DNA of 63,573 nucleotides, filler included, from Hausera hauseri (taxonomy: Eukaryota): the NCBI GenBank assembly GCA_046269625.1. It is 11 parts of 11 records of this genome, joined end to end, with 100 filler letters (N's around TTAATTAATTAA, not from the genome) between each part and the next. Parts side by side here need not be neighbours in the genome. Positions count along the whole stretch, not along the records: positions 1 to 5,043 come from JBJURY010353153.1; positions 5,144 to 10,807 come from JBJURY010210522.1; 9 more parts are not named here. One strand, written 5' to 3'. Both the position numbers and the translations under genes were made by a program. This document shows, piece by piece, positions 1 through 10,907 of this stretch (the stretch's first letter is position 1; every line of letters begins with the position of its first letter). The notes beneath the pieces are model-generated. The model worked only from the letters and a program-made list of their open reading frames with translations, was not told the origin of the DNA and ran no database searches.

Positions 1-145
1 AGCAACGGTGCCTAGCGGCACCGTTGCTAGGCACTTTATGGATCGATAGAGCACAGTGTGCACTATCGATCGGCACAAGTGCAAAATCGATTTATCGATT
101 ACCCCCCCACCGGGTGGGGGGTGGGGCAGAAAGCACATTTTCCCC

Positions 146-1059
146 CTACTTAAGTAGGGCACGATTTTGGATAGGCAACGCATTGAGAAAGTTGTGGCGA
201 AGCAATTCTGGATTGTATTCTTTCGTGACGCCGAGGGTTTGTAGATGTGCCAAAGAAGTACGTAGAAAGTCTGATGATCCTTGTGTACCTATGGCGTTGT
301 CGTGTAAAAAGCGTTGTATGATAGTGTCCATTGAGGGTTCTGTGATCTTAAGAACGGCATTGGAGAGTTGTGAATACGGATCAGGAAGTTCGAAGATTTT
401 AATGATGTTATGAATTTGTTTTTTGATATTGTTAGGAAGTAAGAAAAGGAGGTTGTGTGCTTTAGTTAAGGGATCGGTAATATTGTTTGCTCGTAGCCAC
501 AGTTGAAGGAATTACAACCAAGTTTTGCTGGAGCCTTGGTTGTCTATAAAGAATTCGGTGCAGTGAAGGAAAGGAGCGGAAGTAGTGGTCGAAGGGTTAT
601 TAGCAGAAGTAGTAGTGGATTTTTGGAGTAGTATAACGGGTTTTGGTTTCATGTTGGTTTTATCCGTGTGTCTATGGTTGGGAGGAATTCATGCCGCCAC
701 GGATGAGAAGGTGTATATGGAGGTGGATATGAAGCGAAGAAGGATGTGGGGTCCCAGAGATAGGTACTGTAGAGCCGTTGTACATGATTTAAAAATCGGA
801 TGAGCGGAGAAGAGTGAAGATAGTGTTGTATATATCTGTAGTGTTTATGTGTGGTGATGTAGTTGTGTAGGTATGTCTGTTATTTAAAAAAAGAAAAGGG
901 AAAATGGTGTGGATGTATAGCCAGGGGCGTGTCGCGGGGCGTTAGCGAACGATGCCGTCCGACCCAATGGCATAGGGTAAGCGGCCGGGAATTCAGCCCC
1001 GCCGCAACGAATCGGAAATCTCGCGGTGACCGAGGCCCCAGCATCGAGCTCCGCCGCAT
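146..1059 (-). mobile_element. Ty3/Gypsy remnant: probable 5' LTR (~757-1059), degenerate tRNA-Trp-like PBS (~741-755) and decayed gag
   Basis: The ORF 146-331 (DTIIQRFL..SSDFLRTSLAHLQTLGV..ELLRHNFL) resembles the gag at 29022-29363. The minus strand reads TGGGACCCCACATC, close to the Trp PBS TGGTGACCCCGAC. The upstream block starts TGCGGCG. Confidence 0.55.
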
Positions 1060-1075
1060 ATTTAGTACCGATTGA

Positions 1076-1860
1076 AGGTATTTCATTTTTTTGGTTCGAT
1101 CTATGTTCGGGAAGCTTCTCGTACAGAGTATCTAGCCTTAAGTTTTCACATTTGTAACAGATGTTACGTTCCGGTTTAGTTCCTTTAAGGGTACTTAAAA
1201 ATAGGGATAATTCATCGGTGACAGGGCTTTTAATAAGGTTTCCAAATATTGTTCGAGGAACCGATGTTACAACATTGATCCACATCGTTGGGTTCCTCAG
1301 TTCAAAAATGTACACATTGTTATCGCGTTGTAACAATCTGGAGTACTATTGAAAGACTGGGATTATTAATAAAACTGGCAGAATAATCTATGGTAGATAA
1401 CCCAAAATAACTGCAAGGGAGCGCAAACAGCAGAAGAGCACTGCTCAATACATCAGATTTCAGCCAGTCGGGCATCAAATTTATACGAATTATACGCGAC
1501 AAACTTTGGCAGCGAGCGTCTATTATTTGTAAATAAACACACAAATTCCGGGTTTGAGATTCAAATGAAACGCGAAGTACCGAAGTATAGTGATACACAA
1601 TAAAACGTTCAAAAAATGTACATGATAATATTTAACCAGAGCATTGGTAATAGTGTTATAACAAAACTCATCTGATTTACATGCAATTATAGAAATTACC
1701 CCGTCCAACTCTGCACGTCGCCGGCGAGTATGTAAGATGACTGCGTTTGACCGCCGGAAGGCCTCTGGATGTAGTTTCTGACACCATTTGTTGTCTTTGA
1801 TGTTAATGATTGTTATGTCCAACAGAGATGACTCCGGCAAAAATTTCGTGATAGAAATTT
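1076..1860 (-). pseudogene. Frameshifted coding-like remnant, product unknown
   Basis: Three overlapping protein-like ORFs in shifting frames (1523-1840, 1320-1598, 884-1336). No motif recognised. Confidence 0.3.
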
Positions 1861-2051
1861 GACAAATTTTTATAGGTATTTTTCAGTTTCTTCCCTCAAA
1901 ACTTTTAAATAGACTTCGAATATTTTTTCGAATATTCTTCTACGCACTGACTGAGAAAAAGGAATTAAAAACATCGCAATAATCATTATAATGGTTGTAT
2001 TACAAAATCTTCAAAATGGAGAAAACAGAATTTAGTAAGAATTTTGTCAAT

Positions 2052-3850
2052 TTATTTCGGCAAAACAAAATTATTGCATTTCGCATCAATTTCAGTTGCT
2101 CTTGTACTGCATATCATTGACTTACTCATCTCACCCATTTGCTTATAAATCAGACTCATCAGCAAATGCACTTTCGCTTCTTTGACCATTTGGTTATCCA
2201 ATAACTTTAAATTATTTAGTGGTTCTTGGTACTGACCAATCTGGAATAAAATTTGCGCTTTGTAAAATCGACATAGTGGATCCTTTGGATAAAGACATGT
2301 TTTCTCTAATATTTCTAGCGATTCGTCGGGTGGAAAATATTGTTTCAATTTTGATCTATCAACTGCCAAATTTGTCAGCAAAGAACAAGAATCAAAAGAA
2401 ATTCTAAGAGCTTCTTTCAGAGCTTTATCGGCCTCGGGATAATTCTCCTAACGTTGATAGATCATTGCAATTCCATATAATGCAGCATATTCATAGGAGT
2501 CGTACTCGAGCTTTACGGAAACGCGTCGTTGTCTTTTCCAATTCATCTTCCGAAAAGTACTCACGACCTAATAATATGAATCCGTAGGCAAATCGAGGAT
2601 TAACCTGTACGGCTCTTCGGAAAAATCGTTTAGCCGTTTCTGTTTCTCTTTGTAAAGACATTGAATTGCCAAATACAAACCAGACTTCAGGACTCTCTCG
2701 ATCCATATCCATCATTTCACTTGCCAATGACAAGAGGGCAACATCTTTATTCAACTTCCCCAAAATACTGGAATATAATACAACACTGTATAGTTGCCAC
2801 GGTTCATTTTTATGAGCAGTTGTCAAGATATCGTATGATTGATTTCGGTCATTTATCTGGAAATATGCCTTAGCCAACCAACTTTAAACCAATGTCGTTT
2901 CGATGTGTCGCTTTGGTAACTGTCGAATGTGGGTGATCGCTGCAATGCATCGATATTGCCGCAGAGATCGATAGCACTTTCCCATCCCAATGAGCAACTG
3001 AAGATAACTAAGTGAACTGTGCATTCTACTGTCAGTTTCGTAAGTCCTTTTCGAATGGGGCATATTAGGAATTTCAGAAAGCGATTGTTTGGCAACAGTG
3101 TTATACTCGTCAACAACAGCCATTAATTTTTTTCGTTGGAGTTGACTTTTTGTGCGGCAGCAGCTTTTACCTGACTTTGAGTTCGAGGTGCCGACATGTG
3201 CAAATCAACAGACATAGAATTACGATCAACATCTGGTGAATGGTTTGATGAAATTATCCCTCGCGATTTATTCAGATTTATTGCATTATGACTAACATTG
3301 TGACTCAACCGTGACGGCGTAATCATATTGAAATTAAAGACTTCGTTCTTTTTAAAATCGGTGTTTCTAATGGAGAATTGAATGTTTGTCCCGATCTCAG
3401 TGGAACTTTAATAATTGGCGTTGATATATCAGGTCGTTTCGACGGACTAAACAATAATTTCTTATCGTTATTTCTGATTTTCTTCGAGCTATTAATAGTG
3501 TCTGGGCTTCAGATTGGCGAATTGTAGGTAGGAAAATATATCTGAAGTGTCAGTTGAATCTGAACTTACCACATTGAAAACCGGCACACATGCACACATG
3601 GCAAGTTGAACAAAAGCATTTCCGAACATTGGCTTAATCGGCTCAGTATAAGGATCCTCATCCTTGCAATGTTTCGAGTAAAAGTTTTTTGCTTCGAATG
3701 GAAAAACTAGTATCACTTCTGACATAATCCATTGCATTTAGATTTAAATGTTCATTGTTTGAATTTGCATCTGAATCGAATTGTGATACACATGAGAAAC
3801 GTTCGGGAGGTAGATAACTCATCAGCTCTTCTTCTGAGTTCATTGATTCA
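2052..3850 (-). pseudogene. CDC27: CDC27/APC3 (APC/C TPR subunit), decayed copy
   Basis: Matches the CDC27 C-terminal TPRs: AKAYF..YSSIL..L.KDVAL..L..MDRESPEVW..GNSMSLQRE..A..FF.RAVQVNPRFAY..LLG.E and PKDPLCRFYKA..KEAKVHLLM..YKQMG. It has an in-frame stop at 2884-2886 and frameshifts near 2500 and 3125. The 5' boundary is uncertain. Confidence 0.85.
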
Positions 3851-3994
3851 ATAATCTTCTCGTCCAACCCAACGGATAAAATTCTTGAGGCAGAGAGTCG
3901 GACCCGACTATTGATCCGACGCGGCGATAACGGACACCCGGCCGTGCCCAACCAGGACGAACCGGAAGGCGCCGGCCGCGGTGGGCACCATACA

Positions 3995-5043
3995 TACAAA
4001 ACAGTTAATATTTTGATAAACGTCCCGATTTGACTTTAATACCTCCTGGATGCGTTTGGGCATCGACATCACCAAATTTCTGAAAGTTTCAGGAGGAAAT
4101 GAACACCATGTTTCTCTAATTATCTTCATCAAATCAAGAATGGATGATGGCTTGCGTTCAGCAACAAGACATTTTATCAAAACCCACAAGTTTCCAATCG
4201 GATTTCAATCGGAAGAACTCGGGGGCCAAAGTAAAAGGGAAATTCGTTTGCCTGAAAACCATTTCTTACTGACCTTGGCAACATTGCAAGGTTCTGGGTC
4301 CTGTTGGAAAACAGCGCAGTTATGGATACGCATGCAATTTTGTAGTGTGTCATTCAAAATGCCAATATAACCAGCAGCATTTGGAGTATCATCTGGAGGT
4401 AAAAATCGCAAAGGCCCACGGCTATGTGCTGAAAAACAGCCTCACATAATAAGCTGCCCCGGATGTGTGACAGTGGGCACCGTATACCTACATTCAGTGG
4501 GAAAGGAATCATTTGGTCTACAAGTCCACCTTGTATAATTGACCATTAATCAAAAAGTTGATTTGTCACTGGACATCACCTTATTCCACTCATTGGCAGT
4601 CCAGTAACGATACATTTTACAAAAGGCTATTCGCTTTTTCTTCTGAGCTTCAGATAACAATGGCTTCTTTAAGGGTTTTCTTGCTGGTAAAGACAGTCTA
4701 TCACAGAGAACTCGACGAATGTGACGGGTACTGACCGTTAAATTTAAGTTTTTCTTGATAACTGAAGTGATAGGTGGAGTCTTGATTACTTCCCTCCTAA
4801 TGAAGCGTTCATGATGCACAGAAATGCTTCGAGGCCTGCTGAACGATCCTTTGATTCCACAGATTCAGACGACAAAAATAATTTCACCTTTCTGGATGTG
4901 GCGGACTGGAAAATATTCAATCTTGATGCAATTTGCCGAGAACTATAACCGTCCTCATGCAATAAAATAATGTTAGACCTAACAGAATCACTAAGAGTTG
5001 TTTTCTTGCCCATTATTTCTTGAGAATGCACAAATTAAAATAA
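3995..5043 (-). mobile_element. Tc1-family (DD34E-type) transposon remnant
   Basis: N-terminal HTH (MGKKTTLS..GYSSRQIASRL), then RKPLKKPLL..KRIAFC..W..VMSSDKSTF, FQQD..P, WPPSSSD*NPIGNLW and LVMSMPKRI. Multiple frameshifts. Confidence 0.85.
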
Positions 5044-5143
5044 NNNNNNNNNNNNNNNNNNNNNNNNNNNNNNNNNNNNNNNNNNNNTTAATTAATTAAN
5101 NNNNNNNNNNNNNNNNNNNNNNNNNNNNNNNNNNNNNNNNNNN
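5044..5143. other. Artificial contig-joining spacer (Ns + TTAATTAATTAA + Ns). It recurs at 10808-10907, 15407-15506, 19648-19747, 26412-26511, 31410-31509, 38804-38903, 46927-47026, 55016-55115 and 59129-59228.
   Basis: An identical 100-nt design with six-frame stop codons occurs ten times, with unrelated sequence on each side. Confidence 0.98.
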
Positions 5144-5984
5144 GTCAAGTATAACTTGTCCTTCGTCTTTGCCTTAAAATTCTACTAACCTTTTAAGAGT
5201 GAGGAAAAAATATACAGTACACTAAATAAATAATAAAATCATTCTTTTGCCAAGTTTAGATCTTTGACTCTGACAGTTAAGTGATCGTACAATAAAAAGT
5301 CTGTACTACACGTAAGTAATAATTAATAAAATCTACAATGGGTTTACATACCTAATAAAGTAACCAGAGCCAACCATTAATCGAAACCTTAGAAATAGAA
5401 CTTTAGTCAGGTTTGATGATAAATTGCTTAGTGCTCCATTGAAAAAAGATAGAAGTTTAATAAAATTACCTATTGTTTTGCTAGAGAAAATTCAAATTGA
5501 CAAATAAATGGATAATAGAGATAAAAATTTAAATGTTTGACTTTAGAAACTTTAAAATTAATGTGGAAAAATATAATGGACAATGAGATAAGTTGTTACT
5601 ATTCTTAAAAGCATACGAATCACAGAGCACTGCTCTAGAAGTAAGTAAAAAGATCAAATTAGACGTTTGCCTTTATATTTAACTAATATAGCTATAGATG
5701 CTTACGATTTAAGTGAAGCTGAACAAAAAAATCAGAATACCATAAACATAGCAATAATAGATAGATTTCTGCCGAATACGGAAATTCTTTTGGAGCAACA
5801 TTTAATGATATAATAAAAAGTGATAAATCTTTTTGAGGACGATAATGTTGCAAATTTTTCGAAGCTGATATTTCGATCTTATTAAGATTTTCGTCAAAGT
5901 ACAGAAGAAGATCTTAATAAGATCGAAATATGAGCTTTGAAAAATTTGCAACATTATTGTCCTCAAAAAGATTTACCACTTTAT

Positions 5985-7173
5985 ATTATAAATATTAAAT
6001 CCCCCATAATTGGCTCAGATTTTCTGGCCGCACATGACCCGCTAGGTGACTGCAAGTATTGCTGTCTACTGCGTAGAGATTCCGTCGTAAATCCCAACAA
6101 ACATCTCCTAAACAGCCCAGTAGAAACTCCATTGTTTTCGGCTGTTAACTCACGTGAGAAGCTGAAACCTTGTTCGTCGACTAACAACGGTACATTAGTA
6201 ATCTATCCATTTCTTCCATTACATCAAACGCATTTAAATCGGCTTTAAAACAGCCGAGTAAACGGAGTGTTGATGGTGGCATTTGCGGCTCTTCTTCGCT
6301 TATACCATCCACTGTCGCATCTGATGATATGCATCAATCATTCTCATCGCTGGATTCCAATCTCAAATCCTATATTACGACTTCTTGCTTCTGCACACTC
6401 AAAAAGGACGTCAACTTCAAGCCACCTTCTACAACCTATTACCACATAGTTACCGAACACCAAAGACCTATCAGACAAATGGTCAGACCACTGTCACCTC
6501 GTAGGCGAAAGGCCGTTGAATCAGAGTTCAATGAACTCGAAAAGGCTGGAATCATTCGAAAATCAAAATAACCATGGGCTTCACCACTGTATGTAGTAAC
6601 AAAGAAAGATGGCACTTACAGACCCTGTGGTGACTATCAACAGTTAAACAACCTAACAGCCCTGGATGCTTACCCTTTACCTCTCATAAAGAACATCCTG
6701 CACAGCCTTACCAATACTAACACGTACTCAACAATTGACTTGCATAAAGTCTATCGTCAAATTCCGGTTACAGCTGATGATATTCCCAAAACTGCTGTTA
6801 ATACTCCATTTGGCCTCTATGAATATATCTTTATGCCATTTAGTTGACGTAGCGCTTTCCAAACTTTTCAACGACACATTGGTACCGTTCTCTCAGGCCT
6901 TGACTTTGCTCATCCATACATTGATGACATATTAGTCGTCTCAACATCTGTTAAACAACATCAAGAACACCTCCGTATTATCTTTCACAGACTACATCAC
7001 AGAAATTTGCAAGTCAATTTCGCCAAGTGTCATTTCTTTCAAAAACGTCGATTTCCTAGGCCATGTGATCACTCCTCACGGCCACTCTCCACAACCGGAT
7101 CGACTACAACAATTGAAAAACATAACGTTACCAACGATTACTACGGATATGACGAGTTTCTTAGGCACACTCT
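5985..7173 (+). mobile_element. Ty3/Gypsy pol remnant (protease end and RT)
   Basis: Motifs PIIGSDFL, PWASPLYVVTKKDGTYRPCGDY, LYEYIFMPF and PYIDDILV, with frameshifts. Same family as 26512-29560. Confidence 0.9.
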
Positions 7174-10100
7174 GTGGTGCCGCGGGCTGGGGCACCACCA
7201 CAATTCATTACAATCTGAGAGAAATTGGGAATTATTTCCCGTTCAAAAAACTTTGAACCGACCTCCAGATCTCTAAAAACGAAAACATGTCTCCAACTGA
7301 AAAGTAGTGATAATCAGTCAAAAGAATCTTTGAAAATAAAGCACGACATTGTCGGATACCAATGTGAATTGAAGATAGCTAAATTCAATCTCTACCAATA
7401 GACATGTCAGCCATCAGCACAGGAATTTTATTGCGAACATCAAATTTGAAGATGTTTCAGATCAATTGTTTTATGAAAGAGAAAAAAGAGAACAAGTTGA
7501 AGTTGAATTGTCGAAAATCCGACCACTATTTCTTAAGTTAAAAGATGCTCTCTATGCAAAAAATGTTCTAGATGATATCGAAGTACTTCTGTGTCATTTC
7601 AACCCGCAATATGTGTTGAGATATGGCAACTTTAGATTTGACATCCAGTGACTGTGCGAAGAAATTTATTATAAATTTTGACATTGATCGTTGTATAAGA
7701 ATAAGAATTACAAGATTTATCTGTTATCCGAAACTAAGAGAAAATTCTGAAACCATTTTAATAAATTTTACTGAACGCCAATTTATTCATCTCATAATGT
7801 TTAGGATAATCAAAATCGTGGAAGATACAGAATTAAGAAACGACGACGACACCAAAAACGAAGAGGAACACCAATGTTGAAAGGGAACATTTATATACCG
7901 AGGCGATAAACTGAACTGATTCTAACATGATAATTAATGATTGAATATTCATAAATAAATGATTTAGTCTTAATTTTATACGATTATATTACACAATCGT
8001 TTTAAATTGCCTCATGTAAGAACGTCTGTGACTGGAATTGTAAGATCTGTGATTGAAGTAAACTTCTGAGTTCCATACGTCATAATTAGACTTCGGACTT
8101 TTAGGTGCTATATATCTTTTTTAGAAATAAATATGCTGGATGTTTTGGGAATGCCATTATATGCATTGGTTAGTGAATTTTTACACAGAAGAGTAATAAT
8201 TCGGCACTTATTTGCACCTTAATAACAATGAAACCTATTTTAAACATAAAAATTAAATCATTATAACATTGGGATATTTAAATGACTTGTAACAAAAAGT
8301 TATGCAGCAACCTTTAAAACTGCACACGATGATAAAATTTTAACAATATTCTAACATTCTATATAGTATATTATTCATATTGTATGAATAGGTACGTAAA
8401 TAAAAATATTCTAATATACGTTAAATATACCATATACAATGTTAAATTATTGTAAAAAATTTATCATCATTTGTGAATACTCCTAAAACTATTGTTATGT
8501 TTCGGTGGGCTCCTAAATAGCTCCCGAAACTAACAATAGTTCAACACTTTAATCAAATTTTAAGTTGCAGTTAAGGACTGTAGTTCTCGATCAGTCGATA
8601 AGTCTCTACGCGAGTTTAACGTGCTGGTACTGAATGCTCCAAACAGTTACTGCGTTGCGCTTTTGAAAGAAACATCTACGACCTATAACATTTATAAGTT
8701 AAGTATGAGTTTAGCTTCATGTAGACGAACCCTCCTTAAGGTACGATGAAAAGAAAAACTATTGAAATTTTTGATGATGAAAACAAATATACTATGATAA
8801 AACAATACAAAAACTTAACCGACGTATCGCGTCAGGAATTCGTACAATTACAATAAGCCTTCCAGAGATTAAACCTATCACATTTCAAATGTCTCGTGAT
8901 CGAAATTTTCTCCACTTGTACTATTTCTCTCTGGATTATCCTTTAGTAACAACACAAATTATTTTCTTTTTATCTACTACTATGGGCCGAAATTTATACT
9001 AATGTCGACATGTGGGTGTTGTCATTTTCTTTACTTCAATCGAGTTGTTTTCAATTTCACTTCGATATTGAGGAATTGTTGGTGGTCTTATGTCAGCTGT
9101 CTGAGGAAATTAATTTGTTTTTCCACCAATATAATTCGGGAAATTTAATTTATTTTTCAGCAATATCGTGGATTCTTTGAAATAATTCTGACTATCATGC
9201 TTTAGATTTACAATTAAATACAACCTTTTCCTAATTATAACATATACACTTGTTCATTACAGCTCGATTTCACAACAGTGTTGTGTAATTAAAAATATAC
9301 TTTTCTAACATAATCCCAATTTATTGCTGTAACAAGTATTTTTGATTGGTTAACTATAAATGAATTTTCGTCGTACAATGTTCCGTTTTGATAATTCACA
9401 TCTGTGGAATTGGATTACGGAGGTTTTTTAGAATTTACAGTATTACTGTTAAATGTGTCGGAATTTTTAAATCCATGGGGCTCTAACAGTCATGTCAATG
9501 GCACATTGAGGCTGAGAAGAGTGTGAACTCCATTCAGTACTTCTATTTTTACAACCTTGGCATCGACACCACAAAGAACACTATTTCTGCCTCACGACAT
9601 TCACAATAGTTCTTCAAATACTATCTAACGGCAAGATCCTCTGAGGGAGGACAACTAGCCCCGACCAACGGCACAATGGGAGCGAAAATGCCACCAGGCT
9701 GCGCCCGGCCAAAATGAGCCAGGGGGTTAAATGCACGGTGGACGCCACAAATAAGTTTTGTCCTTCAATCGGATTTATCAATGAGTTTGGACCAGTTCCA
9801 TAACTTTCGATCAAATACAACAATTGATGACAGAGTAACAAGTATAACATCGCTGAAGCCGCCTCCATCGCCATCGACTGCAATTTCTAAAGGTGGCCTG
9901 TTGAATTGGCACACAAAATCTTCGAGTAAATTAGAAACGTTTTCGGATTTTTCTGAAGATGAATCTGATTCCAAGACTCAAAGCGTGCATAGTGTTAGTC
10001 AGCGATGAAAGATTGTGTTTCAAATTCCAAAGTTGATCGGGATAATACGTTAATAATTGAAGATAATACGTCAGTGGGAAAATTCTCTGGTAATTCTGAA

Positions 10101-10380
10101 AAGCTGGAATTCGCAGACAAATTAATCAGACTTAGAAATTGAATGGCAATTCAAATAACAACGAGTTAATTGAGTTGCAAGGTAACATTTTGGAATTAAT
10201 TAATTTGAGATAGGAACAACTTTTGGAATTAAAGAAATTAGCGGCTTTGGAAACATGCCAGTCATTGGAAATCGAGTATACAGATAAGGAAGATATTAAC
10301 CTAATATTTAGCACTAACTTTTACAAAAATGGTCAGTTTGGTAGGAGAAATATTGTGAATAAAAAATTATTAAGGACGGA

Positions 10381-10807
10381 AGTAGGGGGAAAATCGCGGT
10401 TTTGAGTAGTTGGAAGGGAGGATTTGGCCCCAACCCCCCCCCGCAGGGAAGGAAGGAAGCCAATAGGAGGAGAACACGTCATCGTTGGGAAGGGAAACAG
10501 GCGAATGGGAGGAAGACACGTCATCGGGGGAAGGGAAATTGACCAATGGGAGTAGAGGACCAATCAGGGAGCATTGGGGCCACGTGGGTTTCACTATTCC
10601 CACCCCGGAACAAAGGATTTTTTGGGGCCAATTGCGTTTCACTATTCCCACCCCGGAACAAAGCGGTTTCACTATTCCCACCCTTATTTATGAAAAACGA
10701 TGAGAAGAAATAAATATTTATTAATATAAGCAATCAAATAGAATAATGTCCATATGCGACACTATGGTTTTTATCAACCCAGTGTCGTTTATCGTCAAAG
10801 GGATCCA
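10381..10807 (+). repeat. GC-rich element terminus starting AGTAGGGGGAAAA, with internal direct repeats
   Basis: Three copies of TTTCACTATTCCCACCC, two copies of ACACGTCATCG, several CCAAT boxes and a CACGTG. It runs into the contig end. Confidence 0.6.
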
Positions 10808-10907
10808 NNNNNNNNNNNNNNNNNNNNNNNNNNNNNNNNNNNNNNNNNNNNTTAATTAATTAANNNNNNNNNNNNNNNNNNNNNNNNNNNNNNNNNNNNN
10901 NNNNNNN

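Noticed and set aside
5088-5099. TTAATTAATTAA repeated ten times as a possible biological motif
   Set aside because: It is always centred in a 100-nt N spacer, so it is an assembly linker. Adjacency across it means nothing, and ORFs ending in X..N are artefacts.
5144-5985. AT-rich coding-like remnant (also 8960-9480 and 9781-10380)
   Set aside because: Too fragmented to assign a product or boundaries.
8493-8951. Possible solo LTR (TGTTA..TAACA)
   Set aside because: No TSD and no second copy in the window.
7174-9749. TGTGG...CCACA as paired ends of one 2.6 kb element
   Set aside because: There is no TSD, and the interrupted RT does not resume on the right.
10588-10684. Three short direct repeats resembling a CRISPR array
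   Set aside because: Eukaryotic context, irregular short spacing, no cas genes, and it lies within an element terminus.
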